Source: Pseudomonadota bacterium | GTDB lineage: Bacteria; Pseudomonadota; Gammaproteobacteria; JAADHS01 | Assembly (NCBI GenBank): GCA_021821045.1 | Contig: JAKACW010000020.1 | Location: 4,487-68,486, forward strand | Length of the DNA: 64,000 bases | Direction: 5' to 3' | In this document: piece by piece, positions 45,262 through 53,414 of the stretch | How the letters are laid out: every line of letters starts with the position of its first letter | How positions within the stretch are numbered: position 1 is the first letter of the stretch | Made by a program: the position numbers and the translations under genes | Notes under the pieces: generated by a model | Databases searched by the model: none | The model's input: the letters and a program-made list of their open reading frames with translations, nothing else | What the model was told of the DNA's origin: nothing

Positions 45262-46314
45262 TTAATTTATAACTAATGATTCCACGGTATTTAGCCCGCC
45301 GTCCGGACCGCCTCCGCCCAGCACAAACAGCGCATTGGTCGTCGCTGCCGTTGCGGCAGCCGAGCGAGGCATTTGCAGTTCGGCGATGTTCCGCCATGGC
45401 CCCGGCGCGCCGTCACGGCCTGCAACCGCGGCTTCCACGCTTGATAAGCGATGGGTGCCGTCATGGCCGCCGATGAGGTAGAGAATATTGCCGCGCGATG
45501 CGGCGGCGGCGAGAAATCGCGGTCCGCCAACCTCAGAGTGTTCGCGGCGCCAAGGACCAACGGCGCCCGTCGGATCCAACGGGGCGGATTCGACGCTGGC
45601 GTAGCCCATGCCCGCCCGGCCTTCGACGTGCCCGGTGAGGACGTAGATTCGACCGTGGGCGACCGTTGCGGCGTGCATGTAGCGCTCCAATTGCGCCTGC
45701 TCTGCGGCGAGTTGCCATTCGACGATTCGGCCGTCGCGATCCATCAGCGCCTTCTCGACGGAACGCAGAAAGGTGCCGTTGTACCCGCCGACCGCATAGA
45801 TCCGATTGTTCCACGTGACCACCTGCAGTCCGCGTCGAGGGGTGGAGAGATACGCTTCGTTTCGCCATGGTCCCAGTTCGCCGTCGGCGGCGATGGCGGC
45901 GGAGTGCGCGGAGGCGCTCGGGAAATTGTCGTCGCCGAGCGGGCCCGTTCCGCCGCCAATGGCATAAAGACGGCCATTGACGATAGCCGCGCCAAGATAA
46001 AAGCGCGGTTCGGGGAGTTGTCCGGCGACTTGCCAGGTCGACAGGCGACCGTCGGGCCCGATGCGGCTGTATTCGACGGGTGCCACGTACTCGTTGCGGT
46101 CGTTCACCCCGCCGAGGATGTAAACAAACCGTCCGTCGGTCGCGGCCGCGAGCGCTCGACGCGCCACACTGAATGACGGTTCGTCCCGCCAGAATGACGG
46201 CAGCGAGGATCCGGCTTCCGCGATGTCATAGCTGACACGGAGCCAAACGATGAGGGCAACCATTCCACCGAGAAAAGCCAGTCCGGCGAGAATCGGCCGT
46301 CGCGCCCAAGTCAT
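45262..46314 (-). CDS. membrane-anchored Kelch-repeat beta-propeller protein
   Basis: N-terminal TM helix (ILAGLAFLGGMVALIVWL) and repeated Kelch motifs (GRLYAIGG, NRIYAVGGYNG, GRIYVLTG, ILYLIGGHDG). The start at 46314 avoids overlapping the upstream gene. Confidence 0.8.
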   Translation of the reverse strand: MTWARRPILAGLAFLGGMVALIVWLRVSYDIAEAGSSLPSFWRDEPSFSVARRALAAATDGRFVYILGGVNDRNEYVAPVEYSRIGPDGRLSTWQVAGQLPEPRFYLGAAIVNGRLYAIGGGTGPLGDDNFPSASAHSAAIAADGELGPWRNEAYLSTPRRGLQVVTWNNRIYAVGGYNGTFLRSVEKALMDRDGRIVEWQLAAEQAQLERYMHAATVAHGRIYVLTGHVEGRAGMGYASVESAPLDPTGAVGPWRREHSEVGGPRFLAAAASRGNILYLIGGHDGTHRLSSVEAAVAGRDGAPGPWRNIAELQMPRSAAATAATTNALFVLGGGGPDGGLNTVESLVIN

Positions 46315-46357
46315 GGGGTGGCGGCGATGGGCCGAATCGTGCCAAACGTCGCTCCGA

Positions 46358-47680
46358 TCATTGTTGCATCGGTTGCGGTGGCGGGAGCATTTGCAGAGCG
46401 GGGTGGTCGAGCGTTCCACCGGTCAGAATCAACGTGTAAAGCACTGCGGGAACGGCGGGCGCGGCACGGCCGTTGATCACCGTGAAGGGCGTGCCCTGAA
46501 TGCCGTGACCATTGGCGTAGGCGATATCTTCGGCAATCCGGTTCGCGGTATCCGCGCTATCGACGCAGCCGCGCAGCGCATTGATGTCGGTCGATTGTTT
46601 TGCTGCCAGCTCCCATAACAGGTTCGGGTTGAGCTTGGATTGGCTGGCGAAGAAGTCGCTGCGCAGGCGCAGTTCCGCGGCCCGATCGGCATCGCCGAGG
46701 CAAACCAGCATTTTCGCCGCAAGACAGCGCGTGCCATCGGGTGTCCGGCGTTGGATGCCCGCATTGCAGACGCCGTCCAACGGGTAAAATCTCGTTTCGA
46801 GACTCCAGCCGACGGGTGCGAGAGACATGATCTCATCCAATGCGCTGTGCAGCTCGCGGCAGTGCGGGCACATCAGATCAATCCACTCCACGATGTGGAC
46901 CGGGCTGTTCGGGTCACCGAAAGTCACTCGCCGCGGGTCCGTCGCGCGCGGCTGCATCGGCGCCGCCCGATACTCGGCCAACGCATTGCTCAGCAGCTGT
47001 TTGACTTCGGCGTTCAGGCTCGAAAAGAGACGCGTCAACGGATCCGTGGGCCCCGCTGTGGGTGGTTGCGCTGATGCCGCCGGCGCGGCGCTGGCCACCG
47101 GCGGCAACGTCTGCGTCGCGAGACTGAGCGGCGTCTGCATGCCGGGATAAATCAATAGAACAACGGCGCCGGCCATCCAGCCGGCCGTTTGCAGCAGCGC
47201 TAACAATGGGTCGCGCGGCGATGCATCGCCGCGCGACCAGGCGAAATAAGTCACCACGGCGACAACGACATAAAACATCAAACAGGTCGGGCACAGCACC
47301 TTGATCATTAGCGTGTATACAAGCAAGCCGACGCAGATTGCTGCCGCCGCGCTGGCCAGGATGCGCAGCGCCAGAGTGCGGTTGCCGTGCCGGCCAGAAG
47401 GACGAATGATGCGGGGAAGCGTCAGCCCGATGATGACGAAACACCAGGCCAACCCCCACGCCGGAAAAGGCAGACCGGTGAGTTGCTGCACTTGGAGCGA
47501 CAGCGGCGCATTCCATACCACCGCGCAGTCGACGGCGTCATTGACCGAGCACCCCGGCGCGGTGCCGGCCGTTCGCAGAGAGTAAAGCGCGACCCATTGA
47601 TAAAGACAGAGCGCGGCGCCCAGCGCCGCGGCGATAACGATCATCCAATCACGACGCGCGTTCTTGAGTTCTTGGCTCAT
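46358..47680 (-). CDS. VKOR-family / DsbA-like thioredoxin fusion protein
   Basis: VKOR-type membrane core with loop cysteines (GCSVNDAVDC) and a CPTC motif. A periplasmic DsbA-like domain with CPHC follows. Confidence 0.8.
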   Translation of the reverse strand: MSQELKNARRDWMIVIAAALGAALCLYQWVALYSLRTAGTAPGCSVNDAVDCAVVWNAPLSLQVQQLTGLPFPAWGLAWCFVIIGLTLPRIIRPSGRHGNRTLALRILASAAAAICVGLLVYTLMIKVLCPTCLMFYVVVAVVTYFAWSRGDASPRDPLLALLQTAGWMAGAVVLLIYPGMQTPLSLATQTLPPVASAAPAASAQPPTAGPTDPLTRLFSSLNAEVKQLLSNALAEYRAAPMQPRATDPRRVTFGDPNSPVHIVEWIDLMCPHCRELHSALDEIMSLAPVGWSLETRFYPLDGVCNAGIQRRTPDGTRCLAAKMLVCLGDADRAAELRLRSDFFASQSKLNPNLLWELAAKQSTDINALRGCVDSADTANRIAEDIAYANGHGIQGTPFTVINGRAAPAVPAVLYTLILTGGTLDHPALQMLPPPQPMQQ

Positions 47681-47938
47681 TGTGATCCCGTTGGCGAAAC
47701 TTCACGAATCTAGCAGAAAGCCCCGCACATTTCACCTCCGTCACTGACGGTGATTTCGTGCCTGAAACGCCCGTTCAGCCCAGCACAGTGCCGGGGGGTT
47801 GTCAAGAATGTCATTCCGGTTTCATTCGCTGTTTAATGGACATCGGAACACCAAGATGGTGTGAAGGTAATGGGGCTGTTTTTTCGGTCGATAACCTACA
47901 CGAGACAGGTCGCGCCATTGGCGCTTGTTGGGTGATTT

Positions 47939-48394
47939 GTGATTCTAGAAAAGACACGCAAATTTTCGGTCGGTCAAACGATCGACTTATACGAAGGCAA
48001 CTACGACAGGTTGGTTTGCCTTGTTCCTGATCTGCGTGATTTGGAACGACCGCGGTTGTTGGAGATGACGCCCGATGTGTCATTGCGCATCGAAGTCATC
48101 GAACGCACCCGTTATACGACCATGTTGCTGCTGCGGGGTGAGTACGCCCAGAAGCAAGCGCTGGTGGCCGAGCCCGTCATGAAGGTGCGGGTGTGTCATG
48201 ATGCCCGCGTGGCCGAGGTCATCGGTTGCCAGGAGCACGGCCGGTTTGAAGCCCGCTATTCCCAACCCAACGAGACCATGTTCGGCCGCTTCGAGAAGCG
48301 CCAAGTGAACTGTTTCCTGCGGGAATGGCTCGATTGCTGTTTCACGCGTGACGAGGCCTTCGCGGCCCGCGCCCGACTTTCCCGCACTTCCTGA
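47939..48394 (+). CDS. yqiB: DUF1249 family protein (YqiB-like)
   Basis: ERTRYTT, VRVCHDARVAEV, FEARYSQPN and NCFLREWLDCC align by eye with E. coli YqiB. Starts with GTG. Confidence 0.75.
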   Translation: MILEKTRKFSVGQTIDLYEGNYDRLVCLVPDLRDLERPRLLEMTPDVSLRIEVIERTRYTTMLLLRGEYAQKQALVAEPVMKVRVCHDARVAEVIGCQEHGRFEARYSQPNETMFGRFEKRQVNCFLREWLDCCFTRDEAFAARARLSRTS

Positions 48395-48598
48395 TCCACC
48401 GTATTTTTTGTATCCAGTTTTTTGCCTTACGCAATTGCCCGCGAAAGTGCTCGCTCGATCCCCTGTTTCCCTAGCCGGAACTCAGTCTTGCCGCTCGTCT
48501 CCGATTCTGTCTAAGTGGTAGCGAATACTGGATGTTTTTAAAGTTCGTCCCGGAATTTGACGATCTATTTAGTATCGAAGACGCTTTAAGGGGTGACC

Positions 48599-48772
48599 AT
48601 GGGCGAAACGTGGGAAGAGTTCAGCGACGCCGACGTGCATATCGTCGAACTGATTCGGGCGGCCAAATCGGGTCGGTGCGTGGAGCATGAGCGCTGGTTG
48701 TTCATCGACTACTGGAATGAGGCCAGAGACTTCGAGCAGTTCGCGGTTTGTTCGGAGGACGACTCCGCCTGA
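48599..48772 (+). CDS. hypothetical acidic small protein (57 aa)
   Basis: Not in the track. ATG at 48599 is preceded by AAGGGG, and third-position GC is high like neighbouring genes. Sequence: MGETWEEFSDADVHIVELIRAAKSGRCVEHERWLFIDYWNEARDFEQFAVCSEDDSA. Confidence 0.45.
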   Translation: MGETWEEFSDADVHIVELIRAAKSGRCVEHERWLFIDYWNEARDFEQFAVCSEDDSA

Positions 48773-49021
48773 GCGGGAGTTGGCCGCGCGACTGTCGCTT
48801 CGCCGGGGGCCTGTCGCGCCGTCGAAAATATCCCCTCGGCATTAGTAGATATTTATCTCCACCGTGCGATTCGCGCGCTCCAATCGAACAATTGCTTAAA
48901 GAAAGGTCAACCGCGTCCGCTTTTAAGCTGAGGTTTTTCCATTACGTTAAACTGAGTCACGATGGATGTGCATCGGACATTGACCGGATCTCCCGGGTGA
49001 GCTTCCGAGAATAGGAGCATC

Positions 49022-51046
49022 ATGCAAGCTGTCGAAAACGTCTTCAGCCGGTTGAACCGCCTTTCGGTCCATCTGAAAATCAATCTCGTTATCGCACTCA
49101 CCTTCATGGCCGTGATACTCACGGTTATTTTGGATACCGCATCGCGGGAACGCGAGCAGGCGCTGAATGTGGCGGTGCAGAACACCAAAGACATCACCAC
49201 GTTTTATTTCGATAGTCTCAATACCATGATGCTGACGGGCACCATGGATCAGCGCACGGTGTTGCGCAATAAAATTCTTCGCCGCTCGGGTATCAAGGGC
49301 GCTCGCGTCATCCGCGGAACGCCGGTCAAGAATCAGTTCGGTCCCGGTTATCCGGAGGAACAAGCGGTAGATGACCTGGATCAGCGCGCGCTCGCGGGCG
49401 AGGAGATCGTCCATGTCGAAGGCACGCCGACGGGGCGCATGGTCACCGTACTTACGCCGTTTCTGGCCACCGAAGATACGCGGGGCGTAAATTGTCTGCA
49501 GTGCCACGAGGTTCCGAGCGGATCCATCAACGGCGCGATCCGCGTGTCCTATTCCTTGGAGGATCTGGATCGTCAAGCGAAGGCGCAGCTCACGCGGGAG
49601 GCGCTCACTAACATCGGTTTGCTGACCATAGGGTTGATAATGGTCAACATTCTGTTGCGGGTCTGGATCAGAAGTCCGCTGTTGAGTTTGATGGATGTGG
49701 TGAACCGCCGCGCCGAGGGTGACCATTCGGCTCGGGCGACCATCGCCAGCGCGGATGAAATCGGCCGCCTCGGAATCGCCTTCAACGACATGGCCGAAAA
49801 ACTCACCGAGAGCGCCGCGCGCGAACACAAGGCGGCGCAGGATCTGCGCAACAAAGTGGACATCTTGCTCGATGTGGTGAGCAGGGCGGCCCGCGGCGAT
49901 CTTTCCGGCCAGGTCAGGTTCAGCGGCGACGATGCCATTGGCGAGCTGGCTCAGGTTATTCAGATCATGATCAACAATCTGCGCCTGTTGCTGAAGGAGA
50001 AACACGATACGGTGGAGGACTTGCAGCGCAAGGTCGATCGTATGCTGGCGGTGGTGACTCGCGCGGCTAACGGTGACTTGACCGGCAAAATCGACGTCAA
50101 GGGCGAGGATGCGCTGGGGCGGTTGGCGGCAGGCGTCCAAGCCATGATCGACAATCTGAATTTTCTCGTCGCTCAGGTTCAGCGCTCCGGCATTCAGGTT
50201 TCATCCTCCGCCACGGAGATCGCCGCGACGGCCAAACAACAAATGGCGACCATGCAGCAGCAGGCGGCGACAGTGAATGAGATCGTGGCGACGTCGGCGG
50301 AAATTTCGGCTACCGCAAAGAATCTGCTCAACACGATGAACGAGGTGGCGACGGTGGCGGAAGAAACGGCCTCGTTTGCGACCAGCGGTCAAGCCGAGTT
50401 GGGGCAAATGGAGGGCACCATGCACCAAGTGGTGGACGCCTCTACCGCGATCGTGCAGAAACTCGAAACGCTGCGAGAGAAGGCGGCTAACATCAACACC
50501 GTTGTCACAACGATCACCAAGGTCGCCGATCAAACCAACCTATTGTCGCTCAACGCCGCCATCGAAGCGGAGAAAGCGGGCGAGCACGGATTGGGTTTCG
50601 GCGTCGTCGCCACCGAAATTCGCCGCCTGGCCGACCAAACGGCGGTCGCGTCGTGGGACATCGAGCAGCTTATTAATAAGATGCAGACGGCCGTGTCGGC
50701 CAGCGTGCTCGGCGTGGAGCGATTCTCCGACGAACTGCGTCATGGCGTGGAAGAAGTGGACCAGGTCAGCACCCAGCTGGCGCAGATCATCGAGCAAGTT
50801 CAGGCGTTGACACCGCGATTCGAGCGGGCACGTGAAGGCATGCATTTCCAGAGCCAAGGTGCCGAGCAGATCAAGCAAGCGATCAATCAGCTCAACGAGT
50901 CCGCCCATCAGACGGTCGAGTCGTTGCGTCATTCCAATTCGGCGATCGAGAGTCTGAATGAAGCCGCGCACCGCTTACAGGTCGGGGTTTCCAAGTTTAA
51001 AGTCGCCAACGTCGGTGCGAACGCCGGCGCCGGCGCAAGCAGCTAG
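49022..51046 (+). CDS. wspA: methyl-accepting chemotaxis protein with periplasmic CXXCH (heme-c, DUF3365/Tll0287-like) sensor and three HAMP domains
   Basis: Two TM helices flank a periplasmic domain carrying CLQCH (49493-49507). There are three HAMP-like repeats (ADEIGRLGIAFNDM, DDAIGELAQVIQIM, EDALGRLAAGVQAM). The MCP signalling hairpin is present (NLLSLNAAIEAEKAGEHGLGFGVVATEIRRLADQT). Confidence 0.88.
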   Translation: MQAVENVFSRLNRLSVHLKINLVIALTFMAVILTVILDTASREREQALNVAVQNTKDITTFYFDSLNTMMLTGTMDQRTVLRNKILRRSGIKGARVIRGTPVKNQFGPGYPEEQAVDDLDQRALAGEEIVHVEGTPTGRMVTVLTPFLATEDTRGVNCLQCHEVPSGSINGAIRVSYSLEDLDRQAKAQLTREALTNIGLLTIGLIMVNILLRVWIRSPLLSLMDVVNRRAEGDHSARATIASADEIGRLGIAFNDMAEKLTESAAREHKAAQDLRNKVDILLDVVSRAARGDLSGQVRFSGDDAIGELAQVIQIMINNLRLLLKEKHDTVEDLQRKVDRMLAVVTRAANGDLTGKIDVKGEDALGRLAAGVQAMIDNLNFLVAQVQRSGIQVSSSATEIAATAKQQMATMQQQAATVNEIVATSAEISATAKNLLNTMNEVATVAEETASFATSGQAELGQMEGTMHQVVDASTAIVQKLETLREKAANINTVVTTITKVADQTNLLSLNAAIEAEKAGEHGLGFGVVATEIRRLADQTAVASWDIEQLINKMQTAVSASVLGVERFSDELRHGVEEVDQVSTQLAQIIEQVQALTPRFERAREGMHFQSQGAEQIKQAINQLNESAHQTVESLRHSNSAIESLNEAAHRLQVGVSKFKVANVGANAGAGASS

Positions 51047-51054
51047 CGTTTTCT

Positions 51055-51471
51055 ATGCTGGCGCTGCTGTTCACGGTTGGCGCGCAGCGATGCGGAGTCG
51101 ATGCCCGCTGGGTCGTCGAAGTGGTTCCCGCCGTGCCACTGGAAGAGGCGCTTGCTCGCTATCCCAATTCCTGCGGCGGCTTGGTGCGGCGCGGCGCCTG
51201 TTTGCCGGTTTACGATTTAGAGCAGGTATTCGCCGGCCGGCCATCAAGCGCGAGCTTGAGCCGGCGCATTATCATTGTTCCGCAATCGCTGGGCTCGGGC
51301 GGCGCGGCGGCCGGCCTCATGGCGTGCGGTGTCACCGAGGCGACGCGGGTGGACGAGTCTACGCTGTTGCGCCAGTCTTTCAATGCGCTGCGCCAGGACA
51401 CCCCGGCCGGAGGGTTGTTCTATTTCGACGTAAACGCCGCGCTCGCGCACTGCGGCTACACGGCCGGCTGA
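51055..51471 (+). CDS. wspB: CheW-like coupling protein (WspB position)
   Basis: Single 138-aa CheW-like domain in operon position 2. Confidence 0.75.
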   Translation: MLALLFTVGAQRCGVDARWVVEVVPAVPLEEALARYPNSCGGLVRRGACLPVYDLEQVFAGRPSSASLSRRIIIVPQSLGSGGAAAGLMACGVTEATRVDESTLLRQSFNALRQDTPAGGLFYFDVNAALAHCGYTAG

Positions 51472-51475
51472 CATC

Positions 51476-52744
51476 ATGGATAGACTGGAAAAGTATTTGC
51501 ACGACGAGTTTGGGTTGTCTCTCGACACCATCGGGCGGGAGCGCGCATTGCACAAAGTGCGCGCGCTGATGCACGCCGCGGGTTTTTTCGACAGTGGCGA
51601 CTACATCGACGCGCTGGTCGGCTCGGAAGAGCAGAGACAGCGATTGTTCGATGCCGTGACCGTGGCGGAAAGTTGGTTTTTTCGCGACGAAGCGCCGTTT
51701 TCGTTTCTAAACCGCTGGGCCACGGACCGCCACCGGCAGCGTCCGCAGGATCATCTTCATCTGCTGAGTATTCCGTGCGCGGGCGGCGAGGAGGCGTATT
51801 CCATCGCCATCACGCTGTTGAAAGCGGGGATCCCCGACAGTGCATTTGACGTGGATGCGATCGACCTCAACAGTCGGCTGGTCGAGCGCGCGCGGGAAGG
51901 CGTTTTCGGCAGCCACTCGTTCCGCGGCGTGAAGCGGGATGATTACGCCGATTTTTTTCTGCCCGCGCCGTCCGGCGACGCGCTCGAGGTCCGCGCGCGA
52001 GTGAAGGAGCGCATCCGGTTCGCCGAAGGTAACTTGTTTTCGTTGGAGAATGTTTTGAATGGCCGGCGCTTCGACGCGATTTTTTGCCGCAATCTGTTGA
52101 TCTACTTCAGCCCTGAGAGCCAGGTTCGGGCGCTCAACATCCTGCGCGATAGACTCGTCCCCGACGGCGTGCTTTTTCTCGGCCATGCGGAGGCCGGTGC
52201 AGGCGTGCTCGATTTGTTCGAGCCCTGTGGTGTTGCCGGTGCATTCGCCTTTAACGCGCGCAAGGGGAGTGTTTTGCCCGCGCGCGGTGGCGGGCCATTG
52301 CGCGAAACGATGGTCAAGGGCGCTGTAAAAGGCGCAAAGAAGCGGGGCGCGGTCGGAAAGTCGGCGCGTCCGCGTCCGCGGGTAGCCGCGGCGGATGGCG
52401 CTATCAGCGCACAGCAGAAAGTGTTTCTCGACCTCAAGAGACTTGCCGATTCGGGCAACCTCAGCACGGCCGTGGAACAGTGTGACATCCTGTTGGATCA
52501 TGCCTCCGACGACGCCCGTGTCCTCTATTTGTGCGGTGTCGTGAACGAAGCGAGCGGGCGCCATGAAAAGGCCTGTCTGCTTTACCGACGCGCGCTCGAA
52601 GTCGATCCGCATCAGAGCGACGTCATGTTTCACCTCGCGGCCACCCTCGAAGCTTTGGGCGAAACCGCCGAGGCGCGACAGCTTAAGGCGACCGCGGGGA
52701 ACCTCAAGGGCCGGCAAGATGAACAGGAGGCCGGCGGTGACTGA
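51476..52744 (+). CDS. wspC: CheR-type methyltransferase with C-terminal TPR (WspC-like)
   Basis: CheR motifs (ESWFFRD, LLSIPCAGGEEAYSIA, IFCRNLLIYF) plus a TPR tail. Confidence 0.88.
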   Translation: MDRLEKYLHDEFGLSLDTIGRERALHKVRALMHAAGFFDSGDYIDALVGSEEQRQRLFDAVTVAESWFFRDEAPFSFLNRWATDRHRQRPQDHLHLLSIPCAGGEEAYSIAITLLKAGIPDSAFDVDAIDLNSRLVERAREGVFGSHSFRGVKRDDYADFFLPAPSGDALEVRARVKERIRFAEGNLFSLENVLNGRRFDAIFCRNLLIYFSPESQVRALNILRDRLVPDGVLFLGHAEAGAGVLDLFEPCGVAGAFAFNARKGSVLPARGGGPLRETMVKGAVKGAKKRGAVGKSARPRPRVAAADGAISAQQKVFLDLKRLADSGNLSTAVEQCDILLDHASDDARVLYLCGVVNEASGRHEKACLLYRRALEVDPHQSDVMFHLAATLEALGETAEARQLKATAGNLKGRQDEQEAGGD

Positions 52745-53414
52745 CAAGGAAACCCGCATCGACGATTGCTGGAACCGCATTGGTACGTGGGGCGAGGACG
52801 GACCGACTTGCGGGCGTTTGAAGGACGTTCACCATTGTCTCAATTGCGATGTTTACGCAGCAGCAGGCCGGGCGCTGCTCGAGCGTGCTCCGCCGCCGGG
52901 CTATCTCGATGACTGGAAGACGTTCCTCGCCCAGCCGACGGTGCGCAGTTCCGGTGCGATGCAGTCCATGGTCATTTTTCGCCTCGATCGTCACTGGCTC
53001 GGTTTGTCGACCAGCTTGTTCGAAAACATTGTGGAGCCGCGCACCGTTCACTCTTTGCCCCACAATCGCAACCAAGCCGTGCTTGGTCTGGTTAGCGTGC
53101 GGGGCGAATTGGTGGTGTGCATATCGCTTGGGCATCTGGTCAGCGAGAGTCCCGCCGATTTCACTCGTCGGATGTCGGGCGCGTTTCCGCGGGACATCGT
53201 CGTTGAGCGGGATGACAATCGCTGGGCCTTTCCCGTCTCGGAAGTCCATGGTGTCGTGCGCGTGCCCAAGGAGAACTATGCCGGAGTGTCCATGTACCAT
53301 GGCGGCCTACGGCGGGAGTTCCTGGCCGGCGTGCTGCCGTGGCGCAATACGCAGGTTGCGTGCCTGGATGACGCGGCTCTTATCAAATCGTTGACGGAGC
53401 TGAGACTGACGTGA
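52737..53414 (+). CDS. wspD: CheW-like protein with N-terminal four-Cys motif (WspD position)
   Basis: GTG at 52737 lies 6 nt after AGGAGG and overlaps the wspC stop; alternative ATG at 52719. The N-terminal motif is CWNRIGTWGEDGPTCGRLKDVHHCLNC, followed by a CheW domain. Confidence 0.78.
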   Translation: MTDKETRIDDCWNRIGTWGEDGPTCGRLKDVHHCLNCDVYAAAGRALLERAPPPGYLDDWKTFLAQPTVRSSGAMQSMVIFRLDRHWLGLSTSLFENIVEPRTVHSLPHNRNQAVLGLVSVRGELVVCISLGHLVSESPADFTRRMSGAFPRDIVVERDDNRWAFPVSEVHGVVRVPKENYAGVSMYHGGLRREFLAGVLPWRNTQVACLDDAALIKSLTELRLT

